From Escherichia coli (GTDB lineage: Bacteria; Pseudomonadota; Gammaproteobacteria; Enterobacterales; Enterobacteriaceae), in NCBI RefSeq assembly GCF_003018255.1, contig NZ_CP027440.1: DNA of 64,000 nt; one strand, written 5' to 3'. Every line of letters begins with the position of its first letter. Within the stretch, counting starts at the first letter, position 1. This document shows, in pieces, positions 52,779 through 64,000 of the stretch. The notes under the pieces are model-generated. The model had not been told where the DNA came from, ran no database searches, and worked only from the letters and a program-made list of their open reading frames with translations. Both the position numbers and the translations under genes were made by a program.

Positions 52779-53219
52779 ATGACCATACAGCAATGGTTAT
52801 TCTCATTTAAAGGGCGTATTGGACGCCGTGATTTCTGGATTTGGATAGGCCTGTGGTTTGCAGGCATGCTGGTGCTTTTCTCACTGGCGGGTAAAAATTT
52901 ACTCGATATTCAGACCGCGGCGTTTTGCCTTGTGTGCTTGCTTTGGCCAACAGCGGCAGTAACCGTTAAGCGCTTGCATGATCGCGGGCGTTCCGGCGCA
53001 TGGGCATTTCTGATGATTGTGGCGTGGATGCTGCTGGCGGGTAACTGGGCAATTTTACCGGGTGTCTGGCAATGGGCGGTGGGGCGTTTTGTCCCGACAT
53101 TGATTCTGGTGATGATGCTTATCGATCTTGGTGCGTTTGTTGGCACACAAGGCGAAAATAAATATGGTAAAGATACCCAGGATGTGAAGTATAAAGCCGA
53201 CAATAAATCAAGTAATTAA
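52779..53219 (+). CDS. yiiR: DUF805 inner-membrane protein YiiR
   Basis: 146-aa ORF with the GRIGRRDFW motif typical of DUF805. Confidence 0.88.
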   Translation: MTIQQWLFSFKGRIGRRDFWIWIGLWFAGMLVLFSLAGKNLLDIQTAAFCLVCLLWPTAAVTVKRLHDRGRSGAWAFLMIVAWMLLAGNWAILPGVWQWAVGRFVPTLILVMMLIDLGAFVGTQGENKYGKDTQDVKYKADNKSSN

Positions 53220-53430
53220 CCTTTAATATATCTCTTATCGCTATTTTTTTCCGGGATTGTTATTTCCACGATGCAAGTGACAATGCCCGGAAAATCCTTC
53301 TGAACTCTTCACCTTAAGCAATATCAAAAAAAATGGTAATCCATAAGATCATTACTTGTTTGTTCTTCCTTTAACGGCGCATTATTCTTAAGTCGTAATC
53401 GACAGAGAGGCGAATATACAGAGGTGCCCT

Positions 53431-53730
53431 ATGAAAGATGTCGTAGATAAATGCAGTACTAAAGGATGTGCGATTGATATCGGTACGGTGATTGATAACG
53501 ACAACTGTACCAGTAAGTTTTCGCGCTTTTTTGCCACCCGCGAAGAAGCAGAGTCCTTTATGACCAAACTGAAAGAGCTTGCCGCCGCTGCATCCTCTGC
53601 AGATGAAGGGGCCAGCGTGGCCTATAAGATTAAGGATCTGGAAGGGCAAGTTGAGCTTGATGCGGCCTTCACCTTCTCATGCCAGGCCGAGATGATTATT
53701 TTTGAGTTATCACTGCGTTCGTTAGCTTGA
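53431..53730 (+). CDS. yiiS: UPF0381 protein YiiS
   Basis: 99-aa ORF with a GAGG RBS. Position upstream of uspD is as in K-12. Confidence 0.85.
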   Translation: MKDVVDKCSTKGCAIDIGTVIDNDNCTSKFSRFFATREEAESFMTKLKELAAAASSADEGASVAYKIKDLEGQVELDAAFTFSCQAEMIIFELSLRSLA

Positions 53731-53756
53731 TGGAGTTGCTTTAGAAGGAGTTAAAT

Positions 53757-54185
53757 ATGGCTTATAAACACATTGGCGTGGCAATTTCCGGGAATGAAGA
53801 AGATGCCTTACTGGTGAATAAAGCCCTGGAGCTCGCCAGACATAATGACGCTCACCTGACGTTAATTCATATTGATGATGGCTTAAGCGAGTTGTATCCG
53901 GGTATCTACTTCCCTGCAACAGAAGATATTCTTCAATTGTTGAAGAATAAGTCGGATAACAAGCTGTATAAACTGACGAAAAATATTCAATGGCCGAAGA
54001 CAAAACTGCGTATTGAACGCGGAGAAATGCCGGAAACACTGCTGGAAATTATGCAAAAAGAGCAGTGCGACCTCCTTGTCTGTGGTCATCACCACTCATT
54101 TATCAACCGTTTGATGCCGGCATATCGCGGGATGATCAATAAGTTGAGTGCGGATTTGCTCATCGTGCCGTTTATCGATAAGTAA
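53757..54185 (+). CDS. uspD: Universal stress protein D
   Basis: 142-aa Usp-family ORF with a GGAG RBS. Confidence 0.93.
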   Translation: MAYKHIGVAISGNEEDALLVNKALELARHNDAHLTLIHIDDGLSELYPGIYFPATEDILQLLKNKSDNKLYKLTKNIQWPKTKLRIERGEMPETLLEIMQKEQCDLLVCGHHHSFINRLMPAYRGMINKLSADLLIVPFIDK

Positions 54186-54189
54186 CCGC

Positions 54190-54936
54190 TTACCAGTAAT
54201 GCTCCGCTGTCATATGGCCCGGTCGGCGACGTAAATGTTTCGTCATCTGCCGGGTCTCTTTCAGTAACTGTTGCGTATCGCGCACCATCTGTGGATTGCC
54301 GCACAGCATCACATGGCTGGTTTCTTTATTCATCGGCAGGCCAACCGCGCTTTCCAGTTCACCACTTTCAATTAATGCCGGTATCCGTCCGGTGAGCGAC
54401 CCCGCTGTCGTTTCCCGACTGACCACCGTCTGAATGCGCAGTTTGCCTTCGTAGCGTTTTTCCAGTTCTTGCATCAGTGGCAAATAGCTTAAGTCGGCGG
54501 CATAACGTGCGGCGTGAACCAGGACCAGATTTTTGAAGCGCTCTAAATCTTTGCCCAGTTGCAGAATCGATAAATAAGGGCCAATCGCTGTACCGGTTGC
54601 CAGCATCCATAGCGTTTCGCAATCTGGTACTTCATCCAGCACAAAGAAGCCAGCTGCTTCGCTAACCACCTGCACTTCATCGCCCGGTTTCAGTGCCGCC
54701 AGTCGTGGGCTTAATTTGCCATCGGGGACGGTGACCAGGTAAAACTCCAGATCGGGATTATCGGGCGAGTTAACATAGGAGTAGGCGCGCTGGACGCGTT
54801 CGCCGTCGATTTCAAGGCCAAGCTTGGTGAATTGCCCGGCGGTAAACGGAAGCACGGGGGCGTGAACGGTGAGACTAAACAGGGCGTCGGTCCAGTTCTG
54901 CACTTTAGTGACTTTGCCTGTTACCCAATCAGCCAT
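54190..54936 (-). CDS. fpr: Ferredoxin/flavodoxin-NADP+ reductase
   Basis: 248-aa ORF (MADWVTGKVTKVQNWTDALFSL...EHYW). Confidence 0.96.
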   Translation of the reverse strand: MADWVTGKVTKVQNWTDALFSLTVHAPVLPFTAGQFTKLGLEIDGERVQRAYSYVNSPDNPDLEFYLVTVPDGKLSPRLAALKPGDEVQVVSEAAGFFVLDEVPDCETLWMLATGTAIGPYLSILQLGKDLERFKNLVLVHAARYAADLSYLPLMQELEKRYEGKLRIQTVVSRETTAGSLTGRIPALIESGELESAVGLPMNKETSHVMLCGNPQMVRDTQQLLKETRQMTKHLRRRPGHMTAEHYW

Positions 54937-54983
54937 GTTTTTCTCCTGTTTTGATTGACTTGCCTTATCTTCGTTCTCCGAAC

Positions 54984-55012
54984 AAAAAAATTCCAGTCCC
55001 GAAGGACTGGAA
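54984..55012 (-). terminator. glpX (glpFKX operon) terminator
   Basis: The minus strand reads TTCCAGTCC-TTCG-GGACTGGAA followed by T7. Confidence 0.8.
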
Positions 55013-55032
55013 GGCTCAATCGATCAAATCAA

Positions 55033-56043
55033 TCAGAGGATGTGCACCTGCATTTCTGGGTCTTTGCGATCCAGATAGTGGATAGACTGAATGCGGCGAA
55101 TGGTGCGTGACTTGCCGCGGATCAGCAGCGTTTCGGTAGTCGCGATATTGCCTTTGCGGCTAATACCTTCCAGCAGATCACCTTTGGTGATGCCGGTGGC
55201 AGAAAAGATGACGTTGTCGCTGCGCGCCATATCGCCCAAACGCAATACTTTACCGGCTTCGATGCCCATCGCTTTGCAGCGTGCCAGCTCCTGCTCGCCA
55301 ATGCGACGATTCTCTTCGTTGTCGCCTTTGACGTCATGACGCGCCAGCAGACGACCGTTCATGTCACCATCTAATGCGCGGATCACCGCCGCAGAAACCA
55401 CGCCTTCCGGCGCGCCACCAATACCGTACAGCACGTCAACTTCGCTGTCTGGCATACAGGTGAGAATTGAGGCTGCAACGTCGCCGTCCGGAATAGCAAA
55501 TACGCGCACGCCGAGTTGCTGCATTTCTGCGATAACGGCATCGTGGCGCGGTTTTGCCAGAATCGTTACCGTCAGTTCGCTCAACGGTTTGCCGAGCGCC
55601 GCCGCAACATTGCGCAGGTTATCCGCCAGCGGCAGGTTCAGATCAATGGTGCCTTTGGCTCCCGGTCCGACGATCAGCTTCTCCATATACATATCTGGCG
55701 CGTTGAGGAAGCAGCCTTTATCGCCTACTGCCAGCACCGCCAGCGCGTTAGCCTGGCCCATCGCCGTCATGCGCGTGCCTTCAATCGGATCAACAGCAAT
55801 ATCTACCGCGTCGCCGCGACCAGTACCGACTTTTTCACCAATGTAGAGCATCGGTGCTTCGTCGATTTCACCTTCACCAATAACGATGGTGCCGTCAATG
55901 TTGACCTGGTTGAGCATAATACGCATGGCGTTTACCGCCGCGCCGTCCGCGGTGTTTTTATCGCCGCGTCCTAACCATTTGTAGCCAGCCAGCGCCGCTG
56001 ATTCGGTGACGCGGGAAAATTCGATGGCAAGTTCTCGTCTCAT
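55033..56043 (-). CDS. glpX: Class II fructose-1,6-bisphosphatase
   Basis: ORF 55033-56172. I place the start at MRRELAIEFSRVTE (ATG at 56041-56043). 336 aa. Confidence 0.96.
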   Translation of the reverse strand: MRRELAIEFSRVTESAALAGYKWLGRGDKNTADGAAVNAMRIMLNQVNIDGTIVIGEGEIDEAPMLYIGEKVGTGRGDAVDIAVDPIEGTRMTAMGQANALAVLAVGDKGCFLNAPDMYMEKLIVGPGAKGTIDLNLPLADNLRNVAAALGKPLSELTVTILAKPRHDAVIAEMQQLGVRVFAIPDGDVAASILTCMPDSEVDVLYGIGGAPEGVVSAAVIRALDGDMNGRLLARHDVKGDNEENRRIGEQELARCKAMGIEAGKVLRLGDMARSDNVIFSATGITKGDLLEGISRKGNIATTETLLIRGKSRTIRRIQSIHYLDRKDPEMQVHIL

Positions 56044-56140
56044 AGTAAACTCTAAGCAGTAAGGAATGGCGCGAAGTGTAGCACAGGGGAAGGGCGGGAT
56101 TATTGATGTGTGCGGGGTTGCCCCCGCACGATTCAGGACT

Positions 56141-56171
56141 ACCGGATGCGGCATAAACGCTTCATCCGGCA
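56141..56171. repeat. REP unit between glpK and glpX
   Basis: ACCGGATGCGGCATAAACGCTTCATCCGGCA. An adjacent hairpin, TGCGGGG-TTG-CCCCGCA, lies at 56111-56127. Confidence 0.75.
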
Positions 56172-56177
56172 TTTACA

Positions 56178-58554
<2,377 letters not shown>

Positions 58555-58916
58555 AATCGGATCCTGAAGAGTTAATGTTTGTTGTATGCGTGAAAGTCAC
58601 GGACCTCCACGATGCTTGTAGGCATGCTGTAAACTTATCGTTAACGAGCAAAAACGAGAAATATCGAACTTAAAATGTGTGTGCTTCGTCATAAAATGAG
58701 CGTTATCGCGCCATTTATTCCATCTGATTGTACATGATGCATGTTTGTTAGATCATTCGCGCAACAAATTTATTAACATTTTCGATTGGTGTGGATTATG
58801 TCTCCAGGAGAAGGATGAAAAGTGTGGCAAACCGTAATCTGCAAGGCGTGCCGCTGGACAGCGATGGCGCGGCTTCATACAATCGGAGCTAACTAAAGTG
58901 CGCTCGTATTTATTAA

Positions 58917-59225
<309 letters not shown>

Positions 59226-59280
59226 TTACGCTTCATCTTTCGCGTAATTTCTTTACTGTGTAGGCCAACAGGTAACGCAG

Positions 59281-59308
59281 AAAAAAGGCACCTTGCGGTG
59301 CCTTTTTT
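59281..59308. terminator. Bidirectional terminator between convergent zapB and rraA
   Basis: AAAAAAGGCACC-TTGC-GGTGCCTTTTTT, with an A-tract and a T-tract flanking the stem. Confidence 0.85.
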
Positions 59309-59309
59309 A

Positions 59310-59795
59310 TCATTCAATATCCAGCGGATCTTCTGAAAGAATAATCCCGGTATTGTCGGCGTAAAGATGGTCGCCGGAGAAGAAGGTTACACCGCCAAAA
59401 TTGACGCGGACATCGCTTTCGCCAATGCCTTCGCCAGCGGCACCAACCGGAATTGCGGCCATTGCCTGGATGCCGATATCCAGCTCTTCCAGGTCATCTA
59501 CCTGACGCACCGCGCCGTAAATGACCAGACCTTCCCATTCATTTTGTACTGCCAGACGCGCCAGTTCAGCATCGACCAGTGCGCGACGAACAGAACCACC
59601 GCCATCGACGACAAGAACACGACCACGGCCATTCTGTTCGAGCAGATCGTACAGCAACCCGTTGTCCTCGAAACATTTTACCGTGATTATTTGTCCGCCA
59701 AACGACGCCCGTCCGCCAAAGTTGGAGAACAGCGGTTCCACGACGTTAACATCTTCTTGATAGATGTCACAAAGCTCGGAAGTATCGTATTTCAT
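59310..59795 (-). CDS. rraA: RNase E inhibitor RraA
   Basis: 161-aa ORF ([23 protein letters not shown]...). Confidence 0.96.
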
Positions 59796-59887
59796 AGGCT
59801 TAACATTCAGTTGCTGCGAGAATTTTCAGTATATCGCGCTATGTAGGCTGTTGGCAAAATCATCAATTGTTAATTGATATTTGTCAG

Positions 59888-60814
59888 TTATGCTGCCCAC
59901 TGGCTTAGGAATATCCCTAAAACAAACAGCAGGTTAGTCAGTAACGCTCCCTTGACAGTGCGTTCCAGCATCGGTCGCATCGCCACCGGGTCCATTTCCC
60001 GCATCACATAACGGGCTTGCTTCACCAGTAATGGTGCCGCCAGCAGGAACAGCCAGCCCCACAGGCTATGCAGCGAAAAGAGATTAAACAGCGCCAGGCA
60101 CACCAGAGAGCCCATCAGCAGGCAGGCATGATAACGACGCGCGTTCACTTCACCTAAGCGCACCACCAGCGTGTTTTTGCCATTTTCGCGGTCGCTATTG
60201 ATATCACGCAGGTTATTAATGTTCAGTACTGCCGTTGCCAGCAGGCCGCATGCGGTCGCCGGAAGGATCAGCGCCGGAATCAATGTATGAGCCTGTAAAT
60301 ACCAGCTGCCCATGACGCTCAACCAGCCAAAGAAAACCAGTACGGAAATATCACCCAGACCGATATAACCATAAGGACGATTGCCCACGGTGTAGGTGAT
60401 AGCGGCAATGATCGACAACCCGCCAAGAATCAGGAAACCGACAAAATCGGCCAGTGTATGGCACGCCACTGCAACCAGTGCCAGCCCGGAGAGACAGATG
60501 AGCACGACGGTAATAATGAGCGCCCGTTTCATCTCTTGCTGGGTAATGACCCCTTTTTGCATGCCGCGTAGCGGTCCGATACGGTCAGGTTTATCGCTGC
60601 CTTTTACCGCATCGCCGTAATCATTGGCGAGGTTAGAAAGGATCTGTAATAGCCCGGCGGTAATCAGTGCCAGCAGGGCGACCAGCGGATCGAAGTGACC
60701 TTGCCACCATGCCAGCGCCGTCCCGACGATAATTGCAGCAAAGGCGAGGGGGAGGGTTTTAGGTCGTAAACTTTCCAGCCACGCCTGAGTTCGGCTAATT
60801 TGTTGTTCAGTCAT
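59888..60814 (-). CDS. menA: 1,4-dihydroxy-2-naphthoate octaprenyltransferase
   Basis: ORF 59888-60826. I place the start at MTEQQISRTQAWLESLRPKT (ATG at 60812-60814). 308 aa, UbiA family. Confidence 0.95.
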   Translation of the reverse strand: MTEQQISRTQAWLESLRPKTLPLAFAAIIVGTALAWWQGHFDPLVALLALITAGLLQILSNLANDYGDAVKGSDKPDRIGPLRGMQKGVITQQEMKRALIITVVLICLSGLALVAVACHTLADFVGFLILGGLSIIAAITYTVGNRPYGYIGLGDISVLVFFGWLSVMGSWYLQAHTLIPALILPATACGLLATAVLNINNLRDINSDRENGKNTLVVRLGEVNARRYHACLLMGSLVCLALFNLFSLHSLWGWLFLLAAPLLVKQARYVMREMDPVAMRPMLERTVKGALLTNLLFVLGIFLSQWAA

Positions 60815-60826
60815 AATACGCGCCAA

Positions 60827-60851
60827 TAAAAATGGGGCCTTTCAGCCCCAT
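60827..60851 (-). terminator. hslU terminator
   Basis: The minus strand reads ATGGGGC-TGAAAG-GCCCCAT followed by TTTTTATT. Confidence 0.75.
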
Positions 60852-60880
60852 CAAACAATGATGAAAATGATTGAACGCGA

Positions 60881-62212
60881 TTATAGGATAAAACGGCTCA
60901 GATCTTCATCTGCCACCAACGCATCCAGATGTTTGCTCACATAATCTGCGTCAATAGTGATGGTTTGACCGCTTAAATCGCTGGCGTCGTAGGAAATCTC
61001 TTCCATTAAACGCTCCAGAACGGTATGTAAACGACGAGCACCGATGTTTTCGGTAGATTCGTTCACCTGCCATGCCGCTTCCGCGATGCGCTTAATACCG
61101 GAGTCGGTAAACTCGATATTTACGCCTTCAGTCGCCATCAGTGCTTTGTACTGCACGGTAATAGAGGCATTCGGCTCGGTCAGAATACGCTCGAAGTCGC
61201 TGGTGGTCAGTGCCTGCAGCTCAACGCGGATTGGCAGACGACCTTGCAGTTCCGGGATCAGGTCAGACGGTTTCGCAATCTGGAACGCGCCAGAAGCGAT
61301 AAACAGAATGTGGTCAGTTTTGACCATCCCGTGTTTGGTGGAAACGGTGCAACCTTCTACCAGCGGCAGCAGGTCACGCTGAACACCTTCACGAGAAACA
61401 TCCGGACCGGAAGACTCGCCGCGCTTACAGATTTTGTCGATTTCGTCGATAAACACGATCCCGTGCTGCTCAACAGCGTCGATAGCGTCTTGCTTCAGCT
61501 CTTCCGGATTCACCAGTTTCGCCGCTTCTTCTTCAATCAGCAGCTTCATGGCGTCTTTGATTTTCAGCTTACGCGCTTTTTGCTTCTGACCGCCCAGGTT
61601 CTGGAACATGGACTGCAGCTGGCTGGTCATCTCTTCCATGCCCGGAGGAGCCATAATTTCAACGCCCATCGGTGCTGCGGCAAGATCGATCTCGATTTCT
61701 TTGTCATCAAGCTGGCCTTCACGCAGTTTTTTGCGGAATGCCTGACGAGCAGCGGACGGTTCCTGCTGCTGTTCGGTCTGTCCCCAGTTGTTTTTAGCCG
61801 GTGGGATCAGTACGTCGAGAATACGTTCTTCTGCCAGTTCTTCAGCGCGATAACGGTTTTTCTCGATAGCCTGGACACGTACCATTTTCACGGCGGCATC
61901 GGTCAGATCGCGAATAATAGAATCCACTTCCTTACCGACATAGCCCACTTCGGTGAATTTGGTCGCTTCAACTTTGATGAACGGCGCATTCGCCAGCTTA
62001 GCCAGACGACGGGCGATTTCAGTTTTACCGACACCGGTCGGGCCGATCATCAGGATATTTTTCGGGGTCACTTCATGGCGCAGCTCTTCGTTGAGCTGCA
62101 TGCGACGCCAGCGGTTACGCAGAGCAATCGCCACGGAACGCTTGGCGTTGTCCTGGCCGATGATGTGCTTATCCAGTTCGCTGACGATTTCGCGTGGGGT
62201 CATTTCAGACAT
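60881..62212 (-). CDS. hslU: AAA+ ATPase subunit of the HslUV protease
   Basis: 443-aa ORF with Walker A GPTGVGKT. Confidence 0.98.
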
Positions 62213-62221
62213 GGGAGATCC

Positions 62222-62752
62222 TTACGCTTTGTAGCTTAATTCTTCGATGGTGTGGAAATGGTTGGTATAGATGCAAATGTCGCCTGCAATATCCAACGCC
62301 TTTTCAGCAATTTCACGGGCGCTAAGTTCAGTGTTTTCTAACAGCGCGCGCGCCGCAGCCTGGGCGTAAGGGCCGCCGGAGCCGATAGCAATAAGATCGT
62401 TTTCTGGCTGCACCACGTCACCGTTACCGGTGATGATAAGCGAAGCGGTTTCATCCGCGACTGCCAGCAGTGCTTCAAGTTTGCGCAGCATGCGATCGGT
62501 ACGCCAGTCTTTTGCCAGCTCAACGGCGGCTTTGACCAGATGGCCCTGATGCATTTCCAGTTTACGTTCAAACAGTTCGAACAGCGTAAAAGCATCCGCA
62601 GTACCGCCCGCAAAGCCCGCGATGACTTTGTCGTTGTACAGACGGCGGACCTTTTTCACGTTGCCTTTCATTACGGTATTGCCCAACGTGGCCTGACCAT
62701 CACCAGCGATGACCACATGGCCGTTACGGCGTACGCTTACTATAGTTGTCAC
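62222..62752 (-). CDS. hslV: Peptidase subunit of the HslUV protease
   Basis: 176-aa ORF with the N-terminal MTTIVSV (Thr nucleophile). Confidence 0.98.
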
Positions 62753-62821
62753 GAGCTGACCCCTTGGTTACGAATACAGAGTACAAACCCCGTACAAAAG
62801 TACGGGGCATAATGCAATTAT

Positions 62822-62849
62822 AGATGGGGGGGATTTTGAGGGTTTCAAC
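62822..62849 (-). promoter_or_regulatory. sigma32 heat-shock promoter of hslVU
   Basis: The minus strand reads TTGAAA-N14-CCCCATCTA, matching CTTGAAA / CCCCATnT. The -35 element overlaps the ftsN stop codon. Confidence 0.75.
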
Positions 62850-63804
62850 CCCCGGCGGCGAGCCGAATGCAGTTTGTATGACCCGCCATCTTCAAGCGAT
62901 TGAGGGTGCTGTCTGCGTTCTCTTTGCCTTTCACCGGGCCAATGACCACACGATTCCAGCCATTGTTGGTGGTGATTTTCGAGTCAAAGCCTTCAAACGC
63001 CAGCTGAGCACGTACCGTCTCTGCCTGTTCCGCGCCTCTGAACGAACCGCACTGCACCATCCAGCGGCGTTCGTCTTTTTTCTCCGCCGTCGGTTTTGGC
63101 GCGTCAGCGGCACGAGCAACCGGCGCAGCTTGCTGCGGCTTCGACTGCGCGGTCGTGTGCGCAGGGGTTTGCAGCAGATCCTGGTACGGCTGCTGAGTAG
63201 AAGCCGGTTTAGACTGGCGCGGTTGCGCCTGTACCGGCGCGGCTTGCGACGTACGCGTCTGCTGCTGCCAGCTTTGTTCAGTCGTACGCGACTGCTGAGC
63301 CAGGCGTTGCTGCTCCGCTAATTGCTGCGCCTGACGCTGGCGCTGTAGCGTTTGCTGACGCTGTTCCGGCGTCTGTTCATTCCACGGAACTTCAACCAGC
63401 TGCGTTGGCTGCTGGCGCATATCAGCCTGCATTTGCTCAAGAAGCTGGCGTTGTTCTGGTGTCAGTTGCTCCGGCGTTTTCACTTCACCACCGGCAGAAG
63501 GTTCTGTAGGCGCACGCACACCCGGCTGGCGACTTTCCAGCTCTTTGATGTAGCGCCAGCGTTCTTCTGGTTTTGGTGGTAGTCCGTTTCCGGTCACTTT
63601 CTGGCTTTGCAGTGTCTCGGACTCTTCTTTCTTGTGATGCGTAATGAAGTACAGACCACCGATAAAGGTCACAAGAACGGCGGCAGCAATAGCGACCATA
63701 GCGGGAGAAACCGCAGGCAGATTTCGTTGCTTTTTCCGTGAGGTGCTCTTTTTTCGCCGCGAAGGTGCCGGTTGGCTGCGGCGTACATAATCTCGTTGTG
63801 CCAC
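62845..63804 (-). CDS. ftsN: Essential cell division protein FtsN
   Basis: 319-aa ORF with an N-terminal TM segment, a Q/P-rich linker and a C-terminal SPOR domain. Confidence 0.96.
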   Translation of the reverse strand: MAQRDYVRRSQPAPSRRKKSTSRKKQRNLPAVSPAMVAIAAAVLVTFIGGLYFITHHKKEESETLQSQKVTGNGLPPKPEERWRYIKELESRQPGVRAPTEPSAGGEVKTPEQLTPEQRQLLEQMQADMRQQPTQLVEVPWNEQTPEQRQQTLQRQRQAQQLAEQQRLAQQSRTTEQSWQQQTRTSQAAPVQAQPRQSKPASTQQPYQDLLQTPAHTTAQSKPQQAAPVARAADAPKPTAEKKDERRWMVQCGSFRGAEQAETVRAQLAFEGFDSKITTNNGWNRVVIGPVKGKENADSTLNRLKMAGHTNCIRLAAGG

Positions 63805-63895
63805 TATCGTTTCGCTGTATTTATTCGTTCGTCAGCCCGCCATGTTACTTAAGCGGCGGGCCTTTGACCAGTCACGGCAGTCTTAAAGGTTTACT

Positions 63896-64000
63896 TTAAG
63901 GTAACGCGCGTGTTGATCCCCGGATGATAAGTTCGCAGTCCATTAAACGAGAGCCACTGCCAACGTGTTGCCCCTGCATTTGATCAAGCAATAACAGCAT
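63896..64000 (-). CDS. cytR: LacI-family repressor CytR, C-terminal 34 codons (5' end outside window)
   Basis: The minus strand translates to ...LLDQMQGQHVGSGSRLMDCELIIRGSTRALP followed by TAA at 63896-63898. Position next to ftsN is as in K-12. Confidence 0.8.
   Translation of the reverse strand: MLLLLDQMQGQHVGSGSRLMDCELIIRGSTRALP

Noticed and set aside
56044-56172. N-terminal extensions suggested by the ORF track: glpX 379 aa, glpK 537 aa, pfkA 352 aa, rhaD 305 aa, the YihU-like gene 359 aa, the kinase 315 aa and glnG 489 aa.
   Set aside because: The extensions run through REP elements, promoters or upstream genes. Internal ATG or GTG codons with good RBSs reproduce the known K-12 protein lengths.

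Overview
This window is an Escherichia coli-type chromosomal segment. It is colinear with the K-12 region hemN - glnLG - glnA - typA - yihLMN ... yihXY - dtd - yiiD - fdoGHI/fdhDE - rha regulon - sodA - kdgT - cpxRAP - fieF - pfkA - sbp - cdh - tpiA - fpr - glpFKX - zapB - rraA - menA - hslVU - ftsN - cytR. I call about 66 protein-coding genes, mostly housekeeping genes recognised from their protein sequences. I also call REP/BIME repeat clusters, Rho-independent terminators, several well-known promoter and operator sites, a selenocysteine recoding site in fdoG, and two 3'UTR-derived sRNA candidates. I saw no tRNA, rRNA, CRISPR array, IS element, integrase or prophage. Four places differ from what I remember of K-12. 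(1) The most interesting is the yihN-yihX interval (10.2-18.8 kb). It does not carry the K-12 sulfoquinovose cluster (ompL-yihOPQRSTU/yihVW). Instead it holds an inverted, clearly divergent eight-gene cluster. That cluster keeps homologues of the regulator, kinase, aldolase and aldehyde reductase, but has no sulfoquinovosidase, isomerase, GPH transporters or OmpL. In their place are a Zn-dependent polyol dehydrogenase, two unrelated MFS transporters and a divergent aldose-1-epimerase. This is a candidate uncharacterised sulfo-sugar or acid-sugar catabolic route. (2) A roughly 2.4 kb insertion between yiiD and yiiE carries an HSL-family esterase, a HigB2/HigA2-type toxin-antitoxin pair with a perfect palindromic operator, about 0.6 kb of gene-free DNA, and a 21-22 bp motif present three times. 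yiiF appears to be missing. (3) yiiG looks truncated and frameshifted. (4) The frv operon is replaced by an orphan 464-aa glycoporin with an N-terminal coiled coil, sitting behind an AT-rich control region. All comparisons to K-12 come from memory, not from a database search, and the identity figures are rough estimates.
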